Of a DNA stretch of 16,393 bases, positions 1 through 7,996 are shown one piece after another. Below the pieces are notes generated by a model, which was not told the origin of the DNA, searched no databases, and saw only the letters and a program-made list of their open reading frames with translations. Both the position numbers and the translations under genes were made by a program. How positions within the stretch are numbered: the stretch's first letter is position 1; each line of letters opens with the position of its first letter. The DNA comes from Candidatus Margulisiibacteriota bacterium. GTDB taxonomy: Bacteria > Margulisbacteria > WOR-1 > O2-12-FULL-45-9. The stretch covers positions 1 to 16,393 of the forward strand of contig JBDRHP010000100.1 in NCBI GenBank assembly GCA_043816785.1. The letters are read 5' to 3'.

Positions 1-272
1 ACAAAACCAAAGAAACGGTTGCGCAGGCTGGCGTAATCGTGTTCCTGCAGTTTAGAAAGATCCTTGCCCAGCAAGCGGTATTCGCCGCTGTCAGCCTTAT
101 CCAACAAGCCAAGGACTGCCAGGAGCGTTGACTTGCCGGAACCGGATGGGCCCATAATAGCCACGAATTCGCCGGGCTCAATAGACAAATTGACACCGCG
201 CAGCGCGTGGACCGGGATCTCGCCGCCGATCAGGTAGGTCTTCTTAACTTTCTTGAGCTCGATCAGCGACAT
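1..272 (-). CDS. ABC transporter ATP-binding protein, MacB/LolD family (3' end runs off window)
   Basis: Hand translation from ATG at 272 gives [65 protein letters not shown]...RNRFFGF, with Walker [10 protein letters not shown]. The start overlaps the MFP stop (TGATG). Not in the supplied ORF track. Confidence 0.93.
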   Translation of the reverse strand, partial: MSLIELKKVKKTYLIGGEIPVHALRGVNLSIEPGEFVAIMGPSGSGKSTLLAVLGLLDKADSGEYRLLGKDLSKLQEHDYASLRNRFFGF

Positions 273-1237
273 CAGTCGTTGCTCTTTTTCTGCAAAGGAT
301 TGACCGGACCGCGCCTGTGCTCAAAGCGCGAATTGAGCTGTTCTATCATTTTGACCGTTGGGATAACCACCTCATCCCCCTGCTTTACCCCGCTGACCAC
401 TTCAACATTTAAAGAGTTCTCCAGCCCGGCCTTGATCTGCAGCGGCTCAGGCTTCTTTCCCTGTTGCTTCTGGATAAAGACATAAGTCTGGTTGCCGGCC
501 TTTTTGACCGCGTTAAGCGGCAGGACCAGCACATCCTTTTGCTCTGACAGGATAAAATTGACCGTGGCGCTCATGCCGGCGCGGAAAAAAGCCGGCACCC
601 TGCCGGGCACGACTTTAACCTCATAGATATTAACGTTATTGATCGTCTGTGATTCGTAGGCAATATGCTCTACCCGGCCTGGGATCTCCTGGCCCAGATA
701 AGCGTCCAATTCAATGTTGACCGGCTGGCCGATCTTTATCTTGCCGATATCGGTCTCGTCGACCTGGGCGTTAACGATCAGATAATCCGCCATGACCAGG
801 ATCGGGTCACCTGTTGCAACTGATTGCCCTGGTTCGACCGACCGCTGGATAACAAAACCATTTAAAGGCGCCACGACCGGGGTCGGCTTATAAACGTCTT
901 CCCACTTCTTGACCTCCTCCTCACCTTTGGCCCGGGCCGCGTCCAATAAAGCTGCTCTATCGGTTGAGCTCATCCAGGCCAGGATCTGTCCCTTCTTAAC
1001 GCTCTGGCCTTCCCTGACCAAAACATCATCGATCCGGCCGGCGATCGGCGGCTTGATCTCTAAACGATTGCGCGGCTGCACTATGCCGGTCGAAGGTATC
1101 TCCGCCTTGATGCTGCCAGTTTTAACTTTAACAGTCTTGAGCGGTTGTTCGGTCTTGCCGGCGCAGGAAGCAAGGGTCAAGGCAAAGGCTGCTATCAACG
1201 AATAAACAACGAATGAACGAATTTTCTTAATTGTCAT
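272..1237 (-). CDS. Efflux periplasmic adaptor (MFP, MacA-like) lipoprotein
   Basis: Lipobox LASC. Two half-lipoyl motifs ([46 protein letters not shown]) and [13 protein letters not shown]. Lies between TolC and the ABC ATPase with overlapping start/stop codons. Confidence 0.92.
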   Translation of the reverse strand: MTIKKIRSFVVYSLIAAFALTLASCAGKTEQPLKTVKVKTGSIKAEIPSTGIVQPRNRLEIKPPIAGRIDDVLVREGQSVKKGQILAWMSSTDRAALLDAARAKGEEEVKKWEDVYKPTPVVAPLNGFVIQRSVEPGQSVATGDPILVMADYLIVNAQVDETDIGKIKIGQPVNIELDAYLGQEIPGRVEHIAYESQTINNVNIYEVKVVPGRVPAFFRAGMSATVNFILSEQKDVLVLPLNAVKKAGNQTYVFIQKQQGKKPEPLQIKAGLENSLNVEVVSGVKQGDEVVIPTVKMIEQLNSRFEHRRGPVNPLQKKSND

Positions 1238-2463
1238 CTCACATACCCTCCATAAGTTTTATGCCATAAAGCTTCAGCTAACAAGGCAGATTTTTTATAA
1301 GTTAATAAACTTTTTTGCGCCTGGATGTAGGCGCTTTCGATCCGGTCCCACTCATCATAAACCGTCAGACCGTTTAAATATTTAGCGTTAGAGATCATCG
1401 CCCGCTCCTTAGCCGCGGCCAGAGAAATCTTGTTTACTTCTAATGCATCCAGCGAATCATCAAAGTTCTCATAAGCTTCTTCCAGCGAGTATCTCAAGTC
1501 TTTAATGGAATTCTCATAATCTTCTTTAGCCTGAGCCAGTTTTGCCCCGTAGATCGCCCGGTCAGCAATATTGCTGCCGCCAGGAAAGATCGGCAAAGAA
1601 ACATTTAAGCTCCAGGACTTGTTCGAAGTAAGCGGAGGCCAGTCGCTGCCAGTCTTTCTAAAGCTGCCGGAAAGAGAAACGGAAGGCAGAAATTCTGCCA
1701 GCGTGGCTTTTTGCGCCAGCTCAGCAGATTCCAACTGCTGTTTACTCATAACGAAAGCCGGCGTTGTTTTGATCAACTTATCAAAATTAACCGCGGCTGC
1801 TTTATTGACCAGATCATTTCCACTGACTTTTGAGACTTCCTGCCCCAGCAGCTGCGATAGTTTCAACTTTGCCAGTTTTAGGTCACGCTTAGCAGAAGAC
1901 AGATCGTATTTTGCCCGGGCTTCGTCTGCCTTCGTAGTCATAAGATTTCCTTTGTCTTCTTTGCCGCTGTCATAACGCAGTTGGATCAGGCTGGAGTTCT
2001 CCTGGCGCTGCTTTAAGATCTGCTCCAGGAGCCCGACATTCTCTTGAGCGACCAGCACTTCCACAAAGTTTGAGCGCAGGTCGTAATAAACACTAGCTTT
2101 AGTTGACGTAAGACCGGCCTTCTGATATTCAACAGCAGAATAAGCTGACTGGATCCCGTAAATCCCAGCCATGCCCTTAAAAAGATTCTGGCTGGCGCTC
2201 AAGCCAAAGGAGTAAGAATCGCTCCAGGCCGAAGAGGTCGCGGACTGCGTGTTGGTCAAGCCGGCTGAAGCAGATAATTGGGGTAAAAAGGTTGACCAGG
2301 CCTTACGATAGGTCCATTCAGATGATTCCAGCTCTTTTTGCGCGCTGATCAATTCATTGCTGTTTCTCTCTGCCAAAGACAGAGCTTCGTTCCAGGTCAA
2401 GGCACCGACCCGTACGGATAAAACCAGCAGAAAACAAAGCAGCAGAAGCCAAACCTTCCTCAT
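1234..2463 (-). CDS. TolC-family outer membrane efflux protein
   Basis: Signal peptide and two internal repeats (FLPQLSASAG / FLPSVSLSGS). Helical OEP pattern, plus RYDSG and KYLNGL motifs. RBS GGAGAGG at 2472-2478. Confidence 0.92.
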   Translation of the reverse strand: MRKVWLLLLCFLLVLSVRVGALTWNEALSLAERNSNELISAQKELESSEWTYRKAWSTFLPQLSASAGLTNTQSATSSAWSDSYSFGLSASQNLFKGMAGIYGIQSAYSAVEYQKAGLTSTKASVYYDLRSNFVEVLVAQENVGLLEQILKQRQENSSLIQLRYDSGKEDKGNLMTTKADEARAKYDLSSAKRDLKLAKLKLSQLLGQEVSKVSGNDLVNKAAAVNFDKLIKTTPAFVMSKQQLESAELAQKATLAEFLPSVSLSGSFRKTGSDWPPLTSNKSWSLNVSLPIFPGGSNIADRAIYGAKLAQAKEDYENSIKDLRYSLEEAYENFDDSLDALEVNKISLAAAKERAMISNAKYLNGLTVYDEWDRIESAYIQAQKSLLTYKKSALLAEALWHKTYGGYVR

Positions 2464-2483
2464 TTTGCTAACCTCTCCACCAT

Positions 2484-2512
2484 ATTATAGGATAAAAGAA
2501 AGCCCGGCGCAA
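2484..2512 (-). promoter_or_regulatory. Putative sigma70-type promoter for tolC-MFP-ABC operon
   Basis: TTGCGC (2512-2507), 17 nt spacer, TATAAT (2489-2484), followed by the RBS. Confidence 0.6.
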
Positions 2513-2523
2513 AGGCCAGGCTT
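2492..2523 (-). terminator. Intrinsic terminator after Spy/CpxP-like gene
   Basis: Minus strand AAGCCTGGC-CTTTGC-GCCGGGCTT followed by TCTTTTAT. Confidence 0.7.
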
Positions 2524-2537
2524 AACCGGCTACGGCC

Positions 2538-2984
2538 TTAGCGACCTTTAGGCCCGCGAGGCTTATGCTGATTCATAAGCTTTTTATATTTTTCCCTTTG
2601 TATTGGCGTGAGCAAGGCGCGCAGCTCAAGCAACGCGTCCAGCCGCTGGATCTCCATTTCAACTCGTTGCTGATTAATTTTCCCGATCAGGGCGTGCAGT
2701 TTTGTCCTGTCCGGAGTGTCTTGGTCTATTTCAACCTTAAGCTGTTCCGCCAGCTTTTTCATTTCCGCCCGATGAACTTTCCGCGCTTCTTTCCGTTTCT
2801 CCTCGTTAGCCTTGAGCGCGGCCTGCTGCTCCTTGCTCAAATCCAGCTTTTGAGTGATCATTTCCATTTTTTTCCCAGGATCCAGTTTATTTGCCTTCTC
2901 TCCCCTGCCCCAAAAAGCCAAAGACTGGGAAGCCAGCACCGCAACCAGGAACACGACCACTAAGATCTTTAACATTTTTTTCAT
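2538..2984 (-). CDS. Spy/CpxP/ZraP-family periplasmic protein (chaperone or metal/stress sensor)
   Basis: Signal peptide, all-helical, two LTxxQ-like motifs (LDLSKEQQ, LLTPIQREKY). RBS AAAGGAGGAG at 2991-3000 favours the ATG at 2984 over 2990. Confidence 0.8.
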   Translation of the reverse strand: MKKMLKILVVVFLVAVLASQSLAFWGRGEKANKLDPGKKMEMITQKLDLSKEQQAALKANEEKRKEARKVHRAEMKKLAEQLKVEIDQDTPDRTKLHALIGKINQQRVEMEIQRLDALLELRALLTPIQREKYKKLMNQHKPRGPKGR

Positions 2985-3008
2985 TTTCATCTCCTCCTTT
3001 ACAGTTGA

Positions 3009-3037
3009 TTAGACAATATATTTTTCAAAAAGGTTCC
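3009..3037 (-). promoter_or_regulatory. ECF sigma promoter upstream of Spy/CpxP-like gene
   Basis: GGAACC-N17-GTCTAA, with the same boxes and spacing as the copy at 3819-3847. Matches the RpoE/AlgU-type GAAC...TCTAA consensus. Confidence 0.8.
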
Positions 3038-3040
3038 CTC

Positions 3041-3316
3041 TTAATCTTCCAACACATAAGCCAGCAGGGGCCCATCAAGGCTTTCCTGTTCAAAAACATA
3101 AGACATTAAGATATCGCCATTGCTGGCCTGCTGCGCGGGATAATAGAAGTAGGCCGCAAAAGCCAGCAGCAGCACCGCTACCGCACCCGCCAGGAGGAAT
3201 CTGGCTCGGGGCCGCCGTTGACTGACTTTTTGTTCGATCTGAGATAACAGCCTGTCGTAATCAGCCGGAGCCGCCGGTTCCTTCAATTCATTCAAGAATT
3301 CATTATAAGATATCAT
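3041..3316 (-). CDS. Putative membrane-anchored anti-sigma factor
   Basis: 91 aa with a single TM helix (FLLAGAVAVLLLAFAAYFYY). Overlaps the 3' end of the ECF sigma gene. Confidence 0.7.
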   Translation of the reverse strand: MISYNEFLNELKEPAAPADYDRLLSQIEQKVSQRRPRARFLLAGAVAVLLLAFAAYFYYPAQQASNGDILMSYVFEQESLDGPLLAYVLED

Positions 3317-3797
3317 TATCCTTCAACTCCTTTTTTAATATCTCTCGCGCGCGGGACAGGTTTGACTTGACCGTTCCCACTGGGAGGTTTAAGATCTCTG
3401 AGATCTCCGAGATCTTTCTTTCTTCAACCTCAGCCATGATCAGGAGCATTCTCTGCTGCGGATTAAGCTTCTGGAGCGGCTCGAATGTTTTATCCGGCTC
3501 CTGCGTCTCCGATTGTTCCTCAACTTCGATCAGCCGAAAACTGCCCAAGAGATCTTTTAAGCCGGCGTGGCGTTTTTGTTTCTTTAAGAAATTCAGCGAA
3601 GTATTAACTGTGATCCGGTAGATCCAGGTACTCAGGCTGGAGTCAGCGCGAAACTTGGGTAAAGCTCGATGGATCCTCAAAAAAACTTCCTGAAAAAGGT
3701 CTTCCCGGTCGTGTTGGGAAGAAACATAGCGAGAGATCAGTCTCCAGACTGTTTTATTATGTCCAGCGTAGACTTGATTAAATTCTAATTGTCCCAT
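3303..3797 (-). CDS. ECF-family RNA polymerase sigma factor
   Basis: Region 2 (EDLFQEVFLRI...LSTWIYRITVN) and region 4 (EISEILNLPVGTVKSNLSRAR). GGAG at 3804-3807 favours the ATG at 3797; alternative start 3809. Confidence 0.93.
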   Translation of the reverse strand: MGQLEFNQVYAGHNKTVWRLISRYVSSQHDREDLFQEVFLRIHRALPKFRADSSLSTWIYRITVNTSLNFLKKQKRHAGLKDLLGSFRLIEVEEQSETQEPDKTFEPLQKLNPQQRMLLIMAEVEERKISEISEILNLPVGTVKSNLSRAREILKKELKDNDIL

Positions 3798-3818
3798 CGC
3801 TTGCTCCATAACTATTGG

Positions 3819-3847
3819 TTAGACAACTGGGGGCTAAAAAAGGTTCC
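3819..3847 (-). promoter_or_regulatory. Autoregulatory ECF sigma promoter
   Basis: GGAACC-N17-GTCTAA directly upstream of the sigma gene. Confidence 0.8.
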
Positions 3848-3901
3848 TTAAGGCTAGGCCAACCTACTCTTTTGAACCGGACTTAACTAATTAGCAGAAG
3901 C

Positions 3902-3910
3902 ATTATAGCA
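3902..3910 (-). promoter_or_regulatory. Putative extended -10 promoter (basal transcription of ECF operon)
   Basis: TGCTATAAT on the minus strand immediately after the RRM1 terminator. Confidence 0.5.
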
Positions 3911-3911
3911 T

Positions 3912-3941
3912 AAAAAAAGGCCCCGCATTAAAGGGGGCCTT
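3912..3941 (-). terminator. Intrinsic terminator of RRM gene 1
   Basis: AAGGCCCC-loop-GGGGCCTT running into a T7 tract on the minus strand. Confidence 0.85.
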
Positions 3942-3964
3942 GATCGATCGATAAGGTCGACTAA

Positions 3965-4252
3965 TTAGAACGCGAAATCTGCGTTCTGTCTTTGTCGTCT
4001 CGGGCTATCGGTCTTGGGCTTGGCTTCATTACAGGTGATCTCGCGCTCGCCCCATTTTTGGCCGCTCATGGCTGCAATGGCTTTTTCAGCGTCCGCGTCT
4101 TCCATGTCAAGAAAACCAAAGCCTCTGGACTTGCCAGAGAACTTATCATTAATTATCCTGGCTGATTGGACCGCGCCGAACTCGGAAAACTTAGCTTCCA
4201 GATCGGCATCAGTCACAGACCAGGGCAAATTGCCTACAAATATGCTTTTCAT
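3965..4252 (-). CDS. RRM (RNP-1) RNA-binding protein 1, Arg-rich tail, 95 aa
   Basis: RNP2 IFVGNL and RNP1 RGFGFLDM. The start at 4252 (MKSIFVGNL, same as the paralog) has AAAGGAG at 4261-4267. Confidence 0.95.
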   Translation of the reverse strand: MKSIFVGNLPWSVTDADLEAKFSEFGAVQSARIINDKFSGKSRGFGFLDMEDADAEKAIAAMSGQKWGEREITCNEAKPKTDSPRRQRQNADFAF

Positions 4253-4276
4253 ATGGTGTGCTCCTTTGTGAAATTT

Positions 4277-4369
4277 TTCTGCGATTAACGGAATGTAGAG
4301 GCCCAACAATGGGGACATCAACACGACTAAGAGGCAGACTCTTAAGTTCTCGATCCATTAACTTCGACC
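4277..4369 (-). ncRNA. Putative structured cis-regulatory 5' leader (copy 1)
   Basis: Blocks shared with 11577-11683: GGTCGAAGTTAATGG, GAGTCTGC, GGCCTC and CCGTTAATCGCAGAA. Predicted pairing is preserved although the stems diverge. Confidence 0.65.
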
Positions 4370-4388
4370 AGCCTGCCGCAGGCAGGCT
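4370..4388. repeat. Short perfect palindrome AGCCTGCC-GCA-GGCAGGCT
   Basis: 8-bp arms and 3-nt loop. Absent from the paralogous leader. Confidence 0.8.
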
Positions 4389-4442
4389 CTTACCTATATG
4401 ATTATCCGAAGTTTAGCAGAGAAATTTCACTTATTCTTAAAC

Positions 4443-5048
4443 TTAATTGATTGGCAAATGATAACCGATCGCAGCGCTGTAATTGCTCTGATTATCCATA
4501 AAAGTAAGTAGTTGTTTTACGTAAACCACCGTCCCGCCACCCAAAGGAATACCAAGATATGCTCCAACCCTGGGAGCTGTTTTATTAACAGTGGTACTGC
4601 CAATACTATAATTGACCTGGACCACCCCCACATAAGGCATGATCTTATAGCCTGGCAATGCTTTTAAGTCCAGTCCCAGGTCAGTTCCGATAAAGTAGCC
4701 CGAAGCACTGAGCGCGGAAGACCCGGAAGAAGCATTAATGATTAAATAATCACCTTTCAGTGACCAGAACCAGATATTATTTTCATCAGGCTTAAGTAAG
4801 TAATACTTTATACCAGGCACAACTATTTGGACCGTGACCCCGCCTTCATTGACATTGGTATAGCTCATGTCCAATTCCAAACGGTTATTCAAGCCAAAAC
4901 CGCCGCCGATCAAAACACCATTTCTAAAGCCAGAAGTATCAGCCAGAAAACCCAAGGACATTTTATTATTCTCAGTGAATAAAACATCAGCCATAGAGAT
5001 CGAGGCCGCTAAAACAGCCAGAAATAGCATGAAGATGACCTTTTTCAT
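4443..5048 (-). CDS. Secreted hypothetical protein, probable outer-membrane beta-barrel
   Basis: Signal peptide (…ASISMA-D), alternating Gly/aromatic beta-strand pattern, final strand AAIGYHL. RBS AGGAG upstream. Confidence 0.65.
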   Translation of the reverse strand: MKKVIFMLFLAVLAASISMADVLFTENNKMSLGFLADTSGFRNGVLIGGGFGLNNRLELDMSYTNVNEGGVTVQIVVPGIKYYLLKPDENNIWFWSLKGDYLIINASSGSSALSASGYFIGTDLGLDLKALPGYKIMPYVGVVQVNYSIGSTTVNKTAPRVGAYLGIPLGGGTVVYVKQLLTFMDNQSNYSAAIGYHLPIN

Positions 5049-5125
5049 TATCTCACTCTCCTGTCAAGATTTGCCAAAATTATCTCACATTATATTTTAT
5101 TGCGCAATGATGATATAATTTATTG

Positions 5126-5346
5126 ATGCCGGTCAATAAAGCCAAAAAGCATTTTCTTGGAAAAGAAGGTCACGAAAAGCTGAATTGCGCCGCGGCGATC
5201 ATCAAGGCTTTTACGGAGCTCGATCCCAAAGCCAAAGATCTGATCTGCAAAGGCGGCGGCAAATCACCTAACGATGAATGCGGGGCGCTTTGCGCGGCAA
5301 GGGAGATCATCAAAAAGCAGCGGAGTATCTGGCTGCCCAGCTTTAA
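5126..5346 (+). pseudogene. C_GCAxxG_C_C (redox-active) family gene, apparently internally deleted and frameshifted
   Basis: N-terminal motifs NCAAAI and GGG..ECGAL are present, but the last two Cys motifs are missing. A family-like C-terminus, KAAEYLAAQL*, lies in the -1 frame at 5314-5346. The zero frame runs to 5383 with non-family sequence. Confidence 0.6.
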
Positions 5347-5379
5347 TCCGGTTTTTCTGTTGACTGTTACAACTAAAAT

Positions 5380-7917
5380 TTAGAAAGAAAAATTAAGACC
5401 GAAATACCCTCGGCTCTCGCCATTAGCAAAGGCCAGGCCAAGCTTGGGCACAAAACTTTCCCAGTAAGCACCCCCGCCTTCAAAGGTCAATTCATAGCCA
5501 TAACTTGACAGGCTGGTATTCAGATAAGCATGCTCAAAAAACAATGTGCCATAAACATCACCAATGAAAAAGTTGGGATTCCATAAACCTCGTCTTATCC
5601 GCATGACTTGCTGGGTTAAATTAACATTAAATTGGTAGCCACTCCCAGTGCCGCCCCACCTGGGAAAACCCCTGGGATAAAAACCCTTACCAAAATCCTT
5701 AAACAGATTGGCGTAAAGATTTAGCATGCCGCTGTTAAATAAATAATTTTGGCTCAAAACAAGGTTCGTCCCATTGGCTTCAGGATCAAGCTGCCAGGAA
5801 AAAGTGGCATTGTACTTGGGAGCGGAGAAGCGCAAGCTGATCCCCGGATAAACAACTCCAAGAAAATATGTGGACAAGCTGAGCGAAACAGCTGACAAGC
5901 CTTTTCTGGATGAGCGATAAAGCGGATATGATGCAGCCAGATAATTAACTGTGCCCTGGGACATGTTCGCATAAGAAAGAGTCAAGGGCAAAAGCAGGCT
6001 TGAATCAAAATAAAAGTTTATTCCGCCATTTGATGAATAGTCGGCTAAATAACTGTTATAACCAATAGCATCTTCTCCAGCAAAAGGAGAAGGCCAAACC
6101 CTTTGAGTCGGCCACAAAAGATAGCTAAAATTACTTAATAAGGCACTGCCCTCTTTTATCTCAACTTCAGGCCAAGAGTCTTGTTCCTTAATAAGTTCTG
6201 GCCCAGGCAAGTCATACGACAGCAGGGTCGGCTCTGAGCCATAAACATAAGTCCCCTCATCGGCAATCCCAATAGAATACAAATTACCATTCAGCACAAC
6301 CCCATCATCCGCATAGCTGCTTTTTGAGAGCGACCAGGCCCGACCTGAATTCAGATCAAGCTTATAAGAATTAACTTTGCCGCCGTATAAAGCCGTATAG
6401 CACAATTCATCGCCGCTGACCTTGATCTTATACTCGTGCCAGGGACTCGCCAGTATGGGCAATAACGACAAATCATTTAGATCGAAAAAAGAAATATTCC
6501 AGGAACTCAGCTGCTTCTTATTAGCCACAAGATACTTATCTTTATAAGGATATATCTGACCAATAAACTCATCCAGTTCCCCAAGCTTTTTCCTGCCGGT
6601 CTTTTCATCATATTCCCATATCTCAGAGCCATAAGAGCTTTTTCTTAATTTAACATAAACTATTCGGCCTGTTTTTTGTATCACAAAATCCACCAGCTCA
6701 TCAGATAAGATTGCGCTGGTTTTCCCGGTTTTAAGATCATAAGCAGACAAAACCCCAATCACACCACGGCCAGCCATACCTAAGTTGGCATAACCGTCAG
6801 CCAGGTCTTTATGAAGATAATAGAGCTTATCCCCGGCTTTCACTGGATAATTGAGGGGATAAGTTAAAAATTGGTCCAGGATTTTTTCCTGGCGGGCCAC
6901 CGGGTCATACTCAACCAGGCTGTAAACAGAATGGTAATTGAAAGCGCTATTAGCCTGCTGTTTTTGCTTATAATAATAAAGCTTGTTATCGTATTTGGTT
7001 AAAAAACTGGCCTGGCAAAGCTCTTCTACTAACCCGATCCTTTCCCCGCTGATCTGCCAATCAGCCCAACGCTGTTTTTCATAAGCTGCCCAATCAGTAA
7101 AAAGCTCGGGAAAAGTCTTGCCATAAACCTCCACTGCTGCCCGATCCAGCGCCAAGGCCGGAAAAAGGGCGCCTAAGTAACGTCCCCAAAAATACGAACC
7201 GTAAAGCTTAAAAAACTTAGCAAATTGTTCTTCGCCATAAGTTTTGGCCAGATAATCAAAAAAGACCCCGCCATAAACATAAAAATAACCCATTGGGTAA
7301 CGCGCGTAAGCATAATTAGCCTGGGAAATAGACGGCAGATTATCAGCAACAGCTTTGCTGGCCACGATTGCTGAAAAATGACCTTGATTTAAGCGGCCTT
7401 CATACTGATCAATTTGCGATTCCCCGTAAACAGTGATCCCCTCAGCCATCCAAAAAGGGATCTGGACATTGGCAGAAAACCTATTGCCAAAAATTGTTGT
7501 GGCAAATTTACCTGAACCCGAGTTATTAAACGTTTGGTTAATATGAATGCTTTCATGGTAACCCACTCCTCTTAGCCAGTTGGAAGGCTGTAACTCAAAA
7601 AAGACATAAGACGGGTTAGTATAAATTAATATTTTATTATTAATAAAATCGGCAAAGGCATTGGAATAATTGCCAGTATCCTGAACAACTATTCTGGTTT
7701 TGAGCTTTTCCTGGTTGCCGGTAAGCTTTTGGATCCTAGGCAAATCTTGTTCAAAATAGTAAAGCGTTGCCTTTGCCTGCCATTCATAGCCCCGGGGATA
7801 AAAAACAATAAAATTATCTGTCTCATAAGTTTGCCAGTCAAAAATTGAGGCAAAAGCAGGCACAGACATTAAGCTGAGAAATATTGAAACACAGAAAAAA
7901 ATATTCTTTATTTTCAT
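5380..7917 (-). CDS. Secreted HEXXH metallopeptidase (MA-like) + beta-propeller + degenerate Omp85-like barrel
   Basis: Signal peptide, HESIH followed by PFWMAEG (third ligand E), repeated short beta-blades, PRGF resembling the Omp85 (V/I)RG(F/Y) loop, and a C-terminal beta-signal YFGLNFSF. TTGTCA-N17-TATAAT and GGAG upstream. Confidence 0.75.
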   Translation of the reverse strand: MKIKNIFFCVSIFLSLMSVPAFASIFDWQTYETDNFIVFYPRGYEWQAKATLYYFEQDLPRIQKLTGNQEKLKTRIVVQDTGNYSNAFADFINNKILIYTNPSYVFFELQPSNWLRGVGYHESIHINQTFNNSGSGKFATTIFGNRFSANVQIPFWMAEGITVYGESQIDQYEGRLNQGHFSAIVASKAVADNLPSISQANYAYARYPMGYFYVYGGVFFDYLAKTYGEEQFAKFFKLYGSYFWGRYLGALFPALALDRAAVEVYGKTFPELFTDWAAYEKQRWADWQISGERIGLVEELCQASFLTKYDNKLYYYKQKQQANSAFNYHSVYSLVEYDPVARQEKILDQFLTYPLNYPVKAGDKLYYLHKDLADGYANLGMAGRGVIGVLSAYDLKTGKTSAILSDELVDFVIQKTGRIVYVKLRKSSYGSEIWEYDEKTGRKKLGELDEFIGQIYPYKDKYLVANKKQLSSWNISFFDLNDLSLLPILASPWHEYKIKVSGDELCYTALYGGKVNSYKLDLNSGRAWSLSKSSYADDGVVLNGNLYSIGIADEGTYVYGSEPTLLSYDLPGPELIKEQDSWPEVEIKEGSALLSNFSYLLWPTQRVWPSPFAGEDAIGYNSYLADYSSNGGINFYFDSSLLLPLTLSYANMSQGTVNYLAASYPLYRSSRKGLSAVSLSLSTYFLGVVYPGISLRFSAPKYNATFSWQLDPEANGTNLVLSQNYLFNSGMLNLYANLFKDFGKGFYPRGFPRWGGTGSGYQFNVNLTQQVMRIRRGLWNPNFFIGDVYGTLFFEHAYLNTSLSSYGYELTFEGGGAYWESFVPKLGLAFANGESRGYFGLNFSF

Positions 7918-7930
7918 TTTGTCTCCACCA

Positions 7931-7990
7931 ATTATATCCTTTCAACAAACAATTGACAACATTGACAGCAGCAGCTATCAGTGGGAAAAT
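7931..7990. promoter_or_regulatory. Divergent promoter pair
   Basis: Minus strand: TTGTCA (7959-7954), N17, TATAAT (7936-7931). Plus strand: TTGACA (7962-7967), N17, GAAAAT (7985-7990) with an upstream TG. Confidence 0.6.
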
Positions 7991-7996
7991 TTACCT

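Noticed and set aside
4253..4324. 24-aa N-terminal extension of RRM1 in the ORF track
   Set aside because: The paralog starts at MKSIFV and a strong SD precedes 4252. The extension overlaps the conserved leader.
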